From Bdellovibrio sp. (GTDB lineage: Bacteria; Bdellovibrionota; Bdellovibrionia; Bdellovibrionales; Bdellovibrionaceae), in assembly GCA_036677065.1 (NCBI GenBank), contig JAKFBS010000002.1, positions 832,001-896,000 on the forward strand: 64,000 nucleotides of DNA. Direction: 5' to 3'. The translations under genes and the position numbers were made by a program. Positions 39,916 through 49,954 of this stretch are shown in pieces; the stretch's first letter is position 1; each line of letters opens with the position of its first letter. A model generated the notes under the pieces. That model made no database searches, was not told the origin of the DNA, and saw only the letters and a list, made by a program, of their open reading frames with translations.

Positions 39916-41835
39916 TTACGTAGGGATCAAACCCTGCGTAAGCCCTTGCACTTGTGATTTAAGATTTTCAGTGACGTTTAAGAATTTCACACCGAACGAG
40001 TTCAGCTCAGTTGACCAAACAATTTCGCCTTCGACTTCTTCGTGCACGTCTGAAATTTTTAATTTAATTTTTTGACCCTTAGCAAACTGCTGTTCTGATT
40101 TAAATGATAATCCACCGACGGCTAATGTTTGCGAAGCGGCACTGACCACTTGATCACCGATTTGAATCATCACTTCTTTAGCTATGCTGTAACGTTCGTA
40201 CTGACGTAATGATTTACTTTGCGTTTGTTTACGACGTAAGCTAAAAGCCATCGCTAGCGGCATCAACATCATAAAACCAAACATCAATGTCTGGCCCATT
40301 TGCCCACCACTTGGTGGACCTTGATTTAATTCATTAGCAATAGCTTTAACTAAACCGCAACCACCAGCGGCACCGCCAGGTTCAGCGGCTTGCGAACTTT
40401 GTTCGGTTTTATAAACTGGTGAATAACTTGGGGCCCAAGCAGTAGAACTGATCTGCGCTTGGGCTATTTGCATAACTTTAAGCGCGTTCACGCGCCCTGC
40501 AGTTTGCGAATAACCATTCAGGTATGAAGAAGTATCTATTCCTGACATAACCACACCACGAATTTGATAAGCCGACAAGTGCGGTGCTTCACGAATGGCC
40601 AGTGCGGCAATGCCTGCGACTAACGGTGCTGCCATCGAAGTTCCGCTCATTCTTTTCTTACAGTAAAGACTTAAATTATTGATATCCGAGCACTGGCTAC
40701 CAGGTATAGTGCTATCAATTAAATCACCCGGCGCAAAAATATGAACATAGGTCGAACTATAATTAGAAAAAGGTGCTCGGCGGTCCTCGCCCCATGAAGC
40801 CCCTACCGCAATATTACTTGGGGTATCTAACATCGCCGGATAAGTTGGCTGAACGCTCAGATTCATACCGGAATTTCCAGCCGCAGTCACAATAACGACA
40901 TCGTTATCATAAGCAAACTTGTAAGCATCATGAAGTGCGCGTGAATAAGATCCGCCACCCCATGAATTATTAATCACCTTTGCGCCGTTATTAACTGCAT
41001 AGTACATGGCGTTGATGGCATTAGCGGTACTGCCACTACCTGAGCCATTTAAAAATTTTAGTGGCATAATTAGAAGTTTTGATTCTCGCACTGGTTTTTT
41101 TAAAATATCCTGACCTGCGCCGATAACAATTCCGGCTACATGTGTTCCATGATCTTTGTCATCATACATGTTTGGCGAATTGTCGACGAAGTTCCAACCG
41201 TTGATATCATCAACAAAACCGTTACCATCATCATCAACACCAGTGATGCCATTCACTTCGGCTAAGTTTTTATAAACAGCATTTGAATCAGCAAACACCG
41301 CATGCTGAATATCAACTCCAGTATCAATAACCGCTACGATAGTTTTTGTTGCCGAGGCTGGTAATTGTTGAATGGCCCATGATTCAGTGATTTGCGCCCA
41401 TGTGGACGTTTGACTATAGGTATCTGTAGACGATGCAGCAACACCCATAGCTGTTGAGGCTTCTGTATATTCTGGTTCTAAACTTAAAATATAGTTGGGT
41501 TCAATAAATTCGACTTCTGGATTTGCTTTTAAAGCTTCAAGATTTGTCACAGATACATCACTGATATGTAAAAGCCCTGCTTTTTCAAACTTAGCTTGTA
41601 CACTTAGACCTTTAAAAGCTGATAAAATGCGCGCACCTTTTTCAGAGGCCAGTTTGTTGGCAACAGCCATTCCAGAAAGACCGGCTTTACCGCTCTGTCT
41701 AACTGAGTTTAGTTGAGGTTTAAATTTAATGATATATTCGCCAGAAATAGCCACGTTCTGCGCGTGCAGGACCTGCGATAGAAAAATGAGCCCCAAAGCT
41801 GTATAAAGCCAACGTACTTTAGTGAATGACGACAT
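39916..41835 (-). CDS. Subtilisin-like S8 protease with C-terminal TM helix and PilZ domain
   Basis: VAVIDTG, HGTHVAG, AAGN, SGTSMAAP; TM LMFGFMMLMPLAMAF; RQYER...GGLSF...FGVKF. Confidence 0.9.
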   Translation of the reverse strand: MSSFTKVRWLYTALGLIFLSQVLHAQNVAISGEYIIKFKPQLNSVRQSGKAGLSGMAVANKLASEKGARILSAFKGLSVQAKFEKAGLLHISDVSVTNLEALKANPEVEFIEPNYILSLEPEYTEASTAMGVAASSTDTYSQTSTWAQITESWAIQQLPASATKTIVAVIDTGVDIQHAVFADSNAVYKNLAEVNGITGVDDDGNGFVDDINGWNFVDNSPNMYDDKDHGTHVAGIVIGAGQDILKKPVRESKLLIMPLKFLNGSGSGSTANAINAMYYAVNNGAKVINNSWGGGSYSRALHDAYKFAYDNDVVIVTAAGNSGMNLSVQPTYPAMLDTPSNIAVGASWGEDRRAPFSNYSSTYVHIFAPGDLIDSTIPGSQCSDINNLSLYCKKRMSGTSMAAPLVAGIAALAIREAPHLSAYQIRGVVMSGIDTSSYLNGYSQTAGRVNALKVMQIAQAQISSTAWAPSYSPVYKTEQSSQAAEPGGAAGGCGLVKAIANELNQGPPSGGQMGQTLMFGFMMLMPLAMAFSLRRKQTQSKSLRQYERYSIAKEVMIQIGDQVVSAASQTLAVGGLSFKSEQQFAKGQKIKLKISDVHEEVEGEIVWSTELNSFGVKFLNVTENLKSQVQGLTQGLIPT

Positions 41836-41842
41836 ACTTAGA

Positions 41843-41869
41843 TTATCGTCTGGTTAGACCTTAATCTAA
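41843..41869 (-). promoter_or_regulatory. Putative sigma28-type promoter, leaderless
   Basis: TTAG-N15-GACGATAA, then 7 nt, then ATG; no SD. Confidence 0.5.
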
Positions 41870-41948
41870 AGGGTGAGATGAGCAAGTCTCACTATAAGAC
41901 AACAAAGTCGTTGTCGATCTTGGGGTAATGTTTATAAAATAGAATTAT

Positions 41949-42551
41949 ATGTCTCGATTGCAGAAAATTTTCATTAGTGGTTTGGTTGCGTTTTTACCTA
42001 TAGCTTTATCGATCTATGTTTTGATGATCGGCGTCTCACTCATCGAAAATATGTTTGGTCAATTTTTGCGGCAAGTTCTACCTGCAGGTACATATATTCC
42101 GGGTTTTGGTTTTTTAGCGACGATCGCTTTTATTTTATTATTAGGGGTTTTAGTTGATAACTTTATCACCGCCACTTTTTTTCGCCGCCTGCAAGAAAAG
42201 CTGCGCGAAGTCCCCTTAGTTAAAGTTATTTATTCGCCGCTACGCGATTTAATGAATCTTTTCGCCAAAGGCCAACAACAACAAACCATGCAAAAAGTGG
42301 TATTGGTGCACTTCACAAAATCACATTCTGTTTTAGGGCTTGTTACGCGCGAGTCTTTTAAAGATTTAGATATAAAGTTATCAATAGCTGCTGATAGAAT
42401 TGCTGTGTATATCCCCATGAGTTACGGCCTTGGCGGTTACACTGTTTTAGTGAATAAAGCTGATGTTGAAGCTGTTGATATGCCCATTGAAAAAGCGATG
42501 AGTTTAGCCTTAACCGGCTGGATTAAAACGGATCCTGACCCACAAAAATAG
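41949..42551 (+). CDS. DUF502 membrane protein
   Basis: FISGLVAFLPIALS, VPLVKVIYS, VYIP...GY, MPIEKAM. Confidence 0.85.
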   Translation: MSRLQKIFISGLVAFLPIALSIYVLMIGVSLIENMFGQFLRQVLPAGTYIPGFGFLATIAFILLLGVLVDNFITATFFRRLQEKLREVPLVKVIYSPLRDLMNLFAKGQQQQTMQKVVLVHFTKSHSVLGLVTRESFKDLDIKLSIAADRIAVYIPMSYGLGGYTVLVNKADVEAVDMPIEKAMSLALTGWIKTDPDPQK

Positions 42552-42572
42552 GCCAAAAAAGCAGGAGGCCAT

Positions 42573-43973
42573 TTGAGCACACAAAGAACCCAATCCATTT
42601 CTGAAAAAGCTTTAGATATTAATTTAGATCCACAACGTTATGGATCGTTTGCCGAAATTGGTGCTGGCCAAGAAGTAGCCCGTCAGTTTTTTCAAGCTGG
42701 CAAAGCGTCGCAAACGATTGCTCTTACAATCTCAGCCTATGATATGACGTTCAGTGATATTATTTACGGTAAAGAAAAATCTGGCCGCTATGTTTGTGAA
42801 TCACGAGTTCATAAAATGTTAGACCGCGAGTATGAAAAATTAGTTGAACGCTTAGGATCAACGCGCGGTAAAAACACGGCCTTTTTTTCGTTTGCAGATA
42901 CTGTAGCTACAGGTTCTGAAGGTAAAAAAAATTCACACGGCTGGATGGGTGTAAAGTTTCAACATAAACCCGGTGTGGCACCTTCTGAAGTTGTTTTGCA
43001 TATGCGTTTACTTGACCGTCATCGTTTACAACAGCAAGAAACCTTAAGCATGTTAGGTGTAAACCTGCTGCATTCTGCATTTTACAAAACGACTAACCCG
43101 CTTGAATTTATCGAAAGCCTATTTGATAAAATCAAATCAGGATCTATTGCAGTTGATGCCATTCATTTTACTGGCGAGGCCTTTAAAAAGTTTGATGAAT
43201 TAGCCCTTAATTTAACGATGGTTGAATTAGGCTGGTCTGAAGCGATCTTTATCAATGCCGAAGGCAAAGTGCAAAATGCCAGTGATGCCCTATTTGCTAA
43301 AGATATTTTAGTTCAGCGCGCCTTTTATAATCCGGTCACAAATACCCATTTAGATGTTATGGATAAAGGCACAAAACACTTCAGTAAAGAGTACGGCACG
43401 CGCACCAGTGATGTCGTCAATTTATTTGAATTTACCCTGAATAATCGTTTAAAAAACACTCAGATTTCAGTCGCTGAAGCCTTAAAAAAAGTAAAGATGA
43501 TTTCTTCACTTAAAAAGCCCGTGCTAGTCAGCAACTTTACTTTATTCTACAAATTAAAAGAACATCTGCGTGGCATGTCTGATAAGCCCTTAGGAATCGT
43601 GATCGGTGCTACCCACTTAGAAAAACTGTTTGATGAAAAGTTTTATTTCGATTTACCGGGTGGCATTTTAGAAGGCATGGGTAAACTTGTAGATAGCAAA
43701 ACTCACCTTTACATCTACCCCCATAAAACAGAGCTTATGTGCTTACAGGTTCGAAGCTTTCGCCCAAAACCTGCGATCAAGCATATTTATTCTCACCTGT
43801 TAGAAAATCAATTAATTCAAGATATCGCCGGCTGTGATGAGATTCAGGAATTCGTTCATTCTGACGACATCTTAAATCTAGTAAAGAAAAAAGATAACCG
43901 CTGGAAAAAACTTGTTCCTGAATCAGTGCAATCGATCTGGATCGAACAGGTTAAAACCGAAGCCCGTAAGTAA
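42573..43973 (+). CDS. Nicotinate/NMN adenylyltransferase-like family protein
   Basis: KALDINLD...YGSFAEIGAGQEVAR N-domain plus a nucleotidyltransferase-like YNPVTNTH segment; TTG start after AGGAGG. Confidence 0.7.
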   Translation: MSTQRTQSISEKALDINLDPQRYGSFAEIGAGQEVARQFFQAGKASQTIALTISAYDMTFSDIIYGKEKSGRYVCESRVHKMLDREYEKLVERLGSTRGKNTAFFSFADTVATGSEGKKNSHGWMGVKFQHKPGVAPSEVVLHMRLLDRHRLQQQETLSMLGVNLLHSAFYKTTNPLEFIESLFDKIKSGSIAVDAIHFTGEAFKKFDELALNLTMVELGWSEAIFINAEGKVQNASDALFAKDILVQRAFYNPVTNTHLDVMDKGTKHFSKEYGTRTSDVVNLFEFTLNNRLKNTQISVAEALKKVKMISSLKKPVLVSNFTLFYKLKEHLRGMSDKPLGIVIGATHLEKLFDEKFYFDLPGGILEGMGKLVDSKTHLYIYPHKTELMCLQVRSFRPKPAIKHIYSHLLENQLIQDIAGCDEIQEFVHSDDILNLVKKKDNRWKKLVPESVQSIWIEQVKTEARK

Positions 43974-44041
43974 ACCTTTAGCCTAAGACACGGGCTAGTC
44001 CAGTTCAAACTTTACCCATTATTCGATAAACTAGTAGGCGT

Positions 44042-44764
44042 ATGAAACATATCTACGCCTTTTTTATTTTCATCGCTATCGCTTCAACAACTTTCGCAGC
44101 CAGTAACTGGAAAAACTCGGCCATCAAACTGAGTGCTGATCCCGAGCTTCGAGCACAGGGTGTAAAAGAATTAAAAGAAATTAAAAACTTATCTGAACAA
44201 CTCAGTCAGAGTTTTAAAACAGACCGTGCCTTAGTTTTACAAGTCGTTCGCGAACTTGAGATTCGTGATTTTTTACCCCGTCTGTTTGAAATGATCACTC
44301 ATTTAAATGGCCGTGATCTTTCATATGACGTCGTGCAAACGGCCACTTATTTGTCTCAAGAAAAAAACCAACCTGAGCTGACAAAGCTTTACAGCAGCAA
44401 GTTAGAAACAGCAAAACTTACAGACACTACGACCTTAGCTTTGCTGCTGGGTTTGCAAAAATTTAATTACCCGATCGAAGAAACAAAATTAATCAGCTAT
44501 CTAGAACATTCATCGTATGAAGTTCGTATCGCTGCCGTTGAAATGGCGCAAGCTCTTGGTAAAGACAAAAAATCTTACGCTAAGGTATTTCAGAAAGCGA
44601 TCACGACTTCGCCTTACCAGGTCAGAATGGTGGCCTACAGCGAATTTATGACCAACGCCGATTTAAAAAAATCTCATCAAGCAGATCTTAACAAAGCCTG
44701 CGGCCAAGAAAAAAATGACAACGCCAAAGAGCTTTGCCAAAAACTAAATGGCGGCAAAAAATAA
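44042..44764 (+). CDS. Secreted HEAT-repeat-like hypothetical protein
   Basis: Signal peptide; repeats SSYEVRIAA and SPYQVRMVA. Confidence 0.7.
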   Translation: MKHIYAFFIFIAIASTTFAASNWKNSAIKLSADPELRAQGVKELKEIKNLSEQLSQSFKTDRALVLQVVRELEIRDFLPRLFEMITHLNGRDLSYDVVQTATYLSQEKNQPELTKLYSSKLETAKLTDTTTLALLLGLQKFNYPIEETKLISYLEHSSYEVRIAAVEMAQALGKDKKSYAKVFQKAITTSPYQVRMVAYSEFMTNADLKKSHQADLNKACGQEKNDNAKELCQKLNGGKK

Positions 44765-45774
44765 TGCGCCATTCAGTTTTATTATTTACTCTACTGTTTT
44801 CAGTTTCAGCGTTTTCCCAAGCCGATAAGGCCTGTCGCGAATCTTATGAAAAAATGTATGCTGATGGTGAATTAACGCTGAATTTGTTTTTAGGCTACTC
44901 AGATAATGAAGATTACGTCGATGACGTTATTTCGAAAGCCAACTATGTTGAAACCATCACTGCAAATTGCGATGAAGAAACTCTTGTAACAGAACTTTGC
45001 GGATTTAAACGTGATCCGGATGACGCTGACATCTTCACAAAAACTATTACACGTGCTAATGGTAAAACCGATAAAATTAAATTAAGAATCACAAGTTCTG
45101 CTGTAACATCAAGTAACCATGTAAATACAGGTACGAGCAAATCCAGCCAAGATAAAAAATCAGCGCAAACCGAAGCTAAATTTTTAAAAGCCCTACAAAC
45201 TGATGATGTCGTGATTTACAACGGCCATGCGCGCAGAGGCACAGGCCCCGGATTCAAACCTATGGGTAACGCAGACTGGGTAAAAGCTGTTGCTATGAAA
45301 CAATCTTTGCAAAAAATGGTTCACGCACTGAAAACCGCTAAAAAAACTCCTGCAATCATCGGCATGATTACCTGTGAAGGCGAATCTCACTACGGCAAGG
45401 CCCTTCAAGATGCAGCACCTAATTCGGGCTTACTCTTAACCCGTCAAACGACTTCGTTTTCTGATTCAGATGTCATCGTGAAAAATTCACTAGATAACAT
45501 TCTACAAAAAAAATGCGCGCCAGCGTTCAGAAAAAGTATTCAGAATTCAGTTAAAGATATTTACAATTCACCGCTTGATGGAGCTGATAACTACAAAGAC
45601 AAACTTCCCGAAATTTATAATTTCTTTGAAGTGAATAAAAAGAAATTTCCACCAGCACGTGGTGCGATTTTAACTTTGATTAATGGACAGTACGAAGAGC
45701 TCTCTGACCGCGATCGTGAAGCGGCCAAAGAACGCACCAGAACTAAACCGGCGCAAACTGATAATCCCCGCTAA
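44764..45774 (+). CDS. Secreted hypothetical protein
   Basis: TAATG coupling to the upstream gene, signal peptide, DVVIYNGHAR.G.GP motif and a later ITC. Confidence 0.7.
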   Translation: MRHSVLLFTLLFSVSAFSQADKACRESYEKMYADGELTLNLFLGYSDNEDYVDDVISKANYVETITANCDEETLVTELCGFKRDPDDADIFTKTITRANGKTDKIKLRITSSAVTSSNHVNTGTSKSSQDKKSAQTEAKFLKALQTDDVVIYNGHARRGTGPGFKPMGNADWVKAVAMKQSLQKMVHALKTAKKTPAIIGMITCEGESHYGKALQDAAPNSGLLLTRQTTSFSDSDVIVKNSLDNILQKKCAPAFRKSIQNSVKDIYNSPLDGADNYKDKLPEIYNFFEVNKKKFPPARGAILTLINGQYEELSDRDREAAKERTRTKPAQTDNPR

Positions 45775-45802
45775 CAGATCGGCCGATAGGCCGACCAACC
45801 AG

Positions 45803-47347
45803 CTACTTTACTGAATCAAGCCACTCGATAACTGATTGTACTGGTTGTCCTGTGGCAGAACCGCCGCTTAATGCGCCAGTTGATTTATCTGTCCAGCAGT
45901 ACACATCTAAATGCGCCCATTTTTTACCGTTCGCAAATTTTTGTAAAAACAATGCTGCTGTGATGGCGCCGCCGAAGCCGCCACCTGAATTTTTAAAATC
46001 AGCAAATTGTGAATTTAAATCGCTAAAATATTTTTGAACTAATGGCATTCTCCAGCTTGGTTCACCTGAACGCTGCCCGGCCGCCACGATTTGATTTGCT
46101 AATTTATCATCATTTGAAAATAAACCTGCCGTATCGCCGCCTAAAGCCACTTTGATCGCTCCGGTTAATGTCGCGATATCAATTAAGTATTCAGGTTCAT
46201 CAACTCCCGTTTTTTTCGCGGCCACATCCATTACATCAGCAAGAACAAGTCTGCCTTCAGCATCAGTGTTATCAATTTCAACTAAAAATCCTGCACGTGA
46301 TTTATAAACATCACCTGGACGCATTGAAAATCCATCCACTGAATTTTCGGCTAACGCTAAATAAAAATCACAAGGTCTATCATAACCTGTGCTATCAGCC
46401 CAAAAAGCTAACGCAAATACAGAGGCTGCGCCGCCCATATCTTTTTTCATTAAGCGCATTGCAGCCGATGGTTTGATATCGAGTCCGCCAGTATCAAAAG
46501 TAATCCCTTTACCAACGAAAGCGATTGGCTTTTTATTTTTTGCTTTTGCTTTCGGGCGGTATTTAAAATGAAGCATTCTTGGAGCCGTGGCAGAACCTGC
46601 CCCAGTAGCTAAAAGTAAGCCCATGCCTTCGGCTTCACATTTTTTTTCATCCCATACGATGATTTCAGTATTTTTAGAAAATGGTAAATCATATGCTAAT
46701 TGTTCAACTGTTGCAGGGTTTACAATATTTGGCGGTAAGTTTGTTAAATGACGTGCGATTTGCACAGCCGATGCTTTAGCTAACGCTGCCGATAAATTTT
46801 CAGCCTTAATATTTAACTGAACCATTAACGGCTCAGCTTTGACGGCATTAATTTTTAAATGATTAATAAAAATGTAACTTGCAAGTTCCATCCCGACAAC
46901 AGCCCCTTCAGTCACCTCAGGAGTTGCGCCTTGAAAATAGATCGAAACACTTTTTAATTTTAATGCCCGAGCTTGAGTTAAAACCGTGCCGAATTGATCA
47001 CGCGCAAAGGCATAACCTGATTCATTTAAAATTCCGCCGTGATCTGTTGCTGCAGAAGTTGATTCAAATAAGATCCACACTGGACCATTGCGCCCGATAA
47101 AGTGAATATTTTTTTTGTCGGATTTTTTTAATTCATCAATTTGAAAATCAAGCGCATGCGTTTCAACTAGGGCTTCAAGATTTTTCTGCTTGTTTTTTGC
47201 TTCTTTTGCACCGAAAAAATAAATGATCGCATCACACTCAGATAATTTGTTGAAATTAGCGACTGGACTATAGTTGATAAGCGGAGTTAGTAAAGCGCTA
47301 AACGAGTTTTTGGTTTTTGTGGCGGTTTTTTTCATATATTTCTCCAA
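45803..47347 (-). CDS. M17 leucyl aminopeptidase (PepA/PepB family)
   Basis: GKGITFDTGG, MKKDMGG, NTDAEGRL, ATLTG, WAHLD. Confidence 0.93.
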   Translation of the reverse strand: MEKYMKKTATKTKNSFSALLTPLINYSPVANFNKLSECDAIIYFFGAKEAKNKQKNLEALVETHALDFQIDELKKSDKKNIHFIGRNGPVWILFESTSAATDHGGILNESGYAFARDQFGTVLTQARALKLKSVSIYFQGATPEVTEGAVVGMELASYIFINHLKINAVKAEPLMVQLNIKAENLSAALAKASAVQIARHLTNLPPNIVNPATVEQLAYDLPFSKNTEIIVWDEKKCEAEGMGLLLATGAGSATAPRMLHFKYRPKAKAKNKKPIAFVGKGITFDTGGLDIKPSAAMRLMKKDMGGAASVFALAFWADSTGYDRPCDFYLALAENSVDGFSMRPGDVYKSRAGFLVEIDNTDAEGRLVLADVMDVAAKKTGVDEPEYLIDIATLTGAIKVALGGDTAGLFSNDDKLANQIVAAGQRSGEPSWRMPLVQKYFSDLNSQFADFKNSGGGFGGAITAALFLQKFANGKKWAHLDVYCWTDKSTGALSGGSATGQPVQSVIEWLDSVK

Positions 47348-47390
47348 TACAACTACACTTTACTCACTCGTCTGTTAAAATCAATACGAG

Positions 47391-48401
47391 ATGCTTAATT
47401 CTGTGAACCTGAAATTCTGCCTGTATAACGTTGAAAACCTGTTTTTGCTTTTTGACCAGCCTGTGCCTAAAAACTTCGAAAAGATGGAAGAAGCCCAATG
47501 GCAAAAGCTTTCAACCTCGATTTACGAGAACAAACCACTTTTTAAATTGCAGCACCTTGCACGCACGATTCGCGACGCGAATGCTGACATCGTTATGCTT
47601 TGCGAAGTGGGCGGCATTGAATCTTTGAAGAATTTTAACACGCTCTTCTTAAATAGCGAGTACTCACCCATCCTGATTGAAGGCAACTCAGACCGCAATA
47701 TCGATGTCGGTTACTTGATTCGCAAAAATCAGAGCTTTTATTTTGATCTTTTAACGCACAAAAACCGCGATCTTAATTTTTTGTATCCTCACGAAATTCA
47801 ATCTAAAGAGAAAAACTATCCCGTTAAAGTGATCAGCCATAAACTTTCTAGAGATTGCGCAGAGCTTCGTTTATTCACCCGCGAAATTGAAAAGCCATTT
47901 TTGATTGTTTTACTGACACATTTAAAGTCGCCGCTAGACCCTGAACGCATTGATCCAAACGGAACAGAGCGACGCAGCGCTGAGCTAAAAACCTGCTTAG
48001 AAATCTACACAGAGCTTGCGCAGCAGTTCAGCGACTGCCCTATTATTTTTGCCGGCGACTTCAATGGCCAAGCAAGTTCTGCGAATACAGATCGCGAATT
48101 TGTGCCTTTACATCAGACAACGACGCTTAAAGATATTTTTGAGCTGGCGAATGTAAATAGTGACAATCGCTACACTTTTTATCAAGTTCGCTCTGGCTTA
48201 CGCTCAGATGGCAGACAAATCGATTACTGCTTTATTGATGAAAAATTCAAGCATCACTTAAACCTAGCAAGTGTGGCTGTGTGTGACTACAAAGATGAAT
48301 TCGGAAGCTCAATTAAAAAGCCAGAAACCTTAGAGCAAAAAATGGCGTTGCCGTCAGATCATTACCCCATCGTATTTACTCTTGATAACATAAAAATTTA
48401 G
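47391..48401 (+). CDS. Endonuclease/exonuclease/phosphatase family protein
   Basis: YNVENL, LCEV, HLKS, GDFN, IDY, SDHYP. Confidence 0.88.
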   Translation: MLNSVNLKFCLYNVENLFLLFDQPVPKNFEKMEEAQWQKLSTSIYENKPLFKLQHLARTIRDANADIVMLCEVGGIESLKNFNTLFLNSEYSPILIEGNSDRNIDVGYLIRKNQSFYFDLLTHKNRDLNFLYPHEIQSKEKNYPVKVISHKLSRDCAELRLFTREIEKPFLIVLLTHLKSPLDPERIDPNGTERRSAELKTCLEIYTELAQQFSDCPIIFAGDFNGQASSANTDREFVPLHQTTTLKDIFELANVNSDNRYTFYQVRSGLRSDGRQIDYCFIDEKFKHHLNLASVAVCDYKDEFGSSIKKPETLEQKMALPSDHYPIVFTLDNIKI

Positions 48402-48416
48402 TGTCAGCATATTTTT

Positions 48417-48809
48417 ATGAGTTTGAAGAAGATACCGTTACATGCGAATTTTCAAGTGAGCGCTTTAAGCGTTTACGTAGCAAACGAATCTCAGCCTGAT
48501 AAACGCATTCATCTTTTCGCCTACAAAGTCACAATCAAAAACACAGGAACATCACCGGCGCAGTTAGTTTCGCGTCAATGGACTATTACTGATGGTTTAG
48601 GCCATTCAGAAGAAGTTCGCGGACCAGGTGTTGTGGGCTTACAACCTCGCATTATGCCAAACCAAGTTTTCGAATACGAAAGCGCCTGCCCTTTATCTAC
48701 AAGTTCAGGCAGCATGAAAGGCACTTATCAGTTTATGTCTGATGAGGGCGAACCTTTTAATGTAGAAATTCCTGAATTCTACTTAATCGCACCGCAGGCC
48801 GTACACTAA
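48417..48809 (+). CDS. apaG: ApaG protein
   Basis: FAYKVTI, QLVSRQW, EVRGPGVVGLQP, YESAC. Confidence 0.93.
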   Translation: MSLKKIPLHANFQVSALSVYVANESQPDKRIHLFAYKVTIKNTGTSPAQLVSRQWTITDGLGHSEEVRGPGVVGLQPRIMPNQVFEYESACPLSTSSGSMKGTYQFMSDEGEPFNVEIPEFYLIAPQAVH

Positions 48810-48830
48810 TCAGCTTCCGCAAGCGGTTTA

Positions 48831-49181
48831 TTAATATCTAACACTCAGGTTCTTCAAACCCATCGCTGCTAAATTGCGAGCGATAACTGATCTTGCGCAC
48901 GAAGCCGAAACCAAAAGATAAAATCTTCTTCTACCTTTGTAGTCTAAATTAAACTGACTTGAAATCTGCTCAGCTTTTTTACGCGACAAACCACGCTGAT
49001 TTAATAAAACTTGATTCAAATGAATAGGATTCATACCAATATCACTAGCAAACCTTCTTATCGAATAGCCAAGGTTATTATACCTCCGAAATCTATACTC
49101 GTCTAAAATGACCTCAATTAACTTCTTACGAAGTTCCATTTTCAATTTCTTTAGTTTCTCTATTTCAGATTGCCGTTTCAT
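48831..49181 (-). CDS. HTH protein resembling only the N-terminal domain of the TIGR02147/DUF4423 family
   Basis: YSIRRFASDIGMNPIHLNQVLLNQRGLS...F.LLV...ARS; no C-terminal domain. Confidence 0.6.
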   Translation of the reverse strand: MKRQSEIEKLKKLKMELRKKLIEVILDEYRFRRYNNLGYSIRRFASDIGMNPIHLNQVLLNQRGLSRKKAEQISSQFNLDYKGRRRFYLLVSASCARSVIARNLAAMGLKNLSVRY

Positions 49182-49278
49182 ACAGGGTTTTCAATGCAAA
49201 CCAACCTCCCGATTTAAAAGAATTACCTTTCAAATTGCGTACGAATAACGGAATTACCTATATTGCTTATTTTCCGAC

Positions 49279-49320
49279 GCTCGGGGTTTCAGCTAGCACT
49301 TGCTAGCTAGAACCCTGAGT
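49279..49320. other. Long imperfect intergenic hairpin
   Basis: CTCGGGGTT-tc-AGCTAGC-actt-GCTAGCT-ag-AACCCTGAG. Confidence 0.7.
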
Positions 49321-49375
49321 GCGAAAAAGCGTCAAAGAAATCGCCCACAGCTCACATGGATTTATCTGAAACTAA

Positions 49376-49954
49376 TTAGATTCTAGATTGAGCAAATTGA
49401 ACTATTTGCGAAGCGGTTTCATACATTTGCCCGAAAGCCATTTTAGGATGATGGGTTTCGCCTTGTTCTGGTAAATACGGAACATGAACAAAGATTGATT
49501 GAATCAACGGGTTATTCTTTAAAACTTTAAAATATAGATTATTACAAACATAAGCTCCGGCTGAAAATGAAGTCTCGACCTTCAATCGACGATCAGCTAA
49601 AAATTCGGCCAAATCATCAACTGGAAAAGTCGACATTAAGGCTAGCTCACCATCAGCGATGCGACCTGTTTGCGGTACAAATTGGGCCTCATCGGCAAAT
49701 TTGGTTTGGTTCCAATTCAGGGCGATTTTTTCTAAATTGATATTTGCCCGGCCGCCCGCTTGGCCAAACATGATCACGAATTTTGGCTTATGCGTTTCGA
49801 TTTGTTTTTGCAATTCTAGATACGCACGATCGAACTCTACCGGTAAAACAACTGACTTTAAGTCTTGATAATTTACTTTAAGTTTTTCAACCAAGAGCTC
49901 GCTTGGATTAATTTTTTCATTTAAGAATGGTGCAAACCCAGAAATTAAGATCAT
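49376..49954 (-). CDS. pcp: Pyroglutamyl peptidase I
   Basis: SGFAPF...NPS, LPVEF, LEKIALN, AGAYVCN, FVHVP. Confidence 0.93.
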   Translation of the reverse strand: MILISGFAPFLNEKINPSELLVEKLKVNYQDLKSVVLPVEFDRAYLELQKQIETHKPKFVIMFGQAGGRANINLEKIALNWNQTKFADEAQFVPQTGRIADGELALMSTFPVDDLAEFLADRRLKVETSFSAGAYVCNNLYFKVLKNNPLIQSIFVHVPYLPEQGETHHPKMAFGQMYETASQIVQFAQSRI

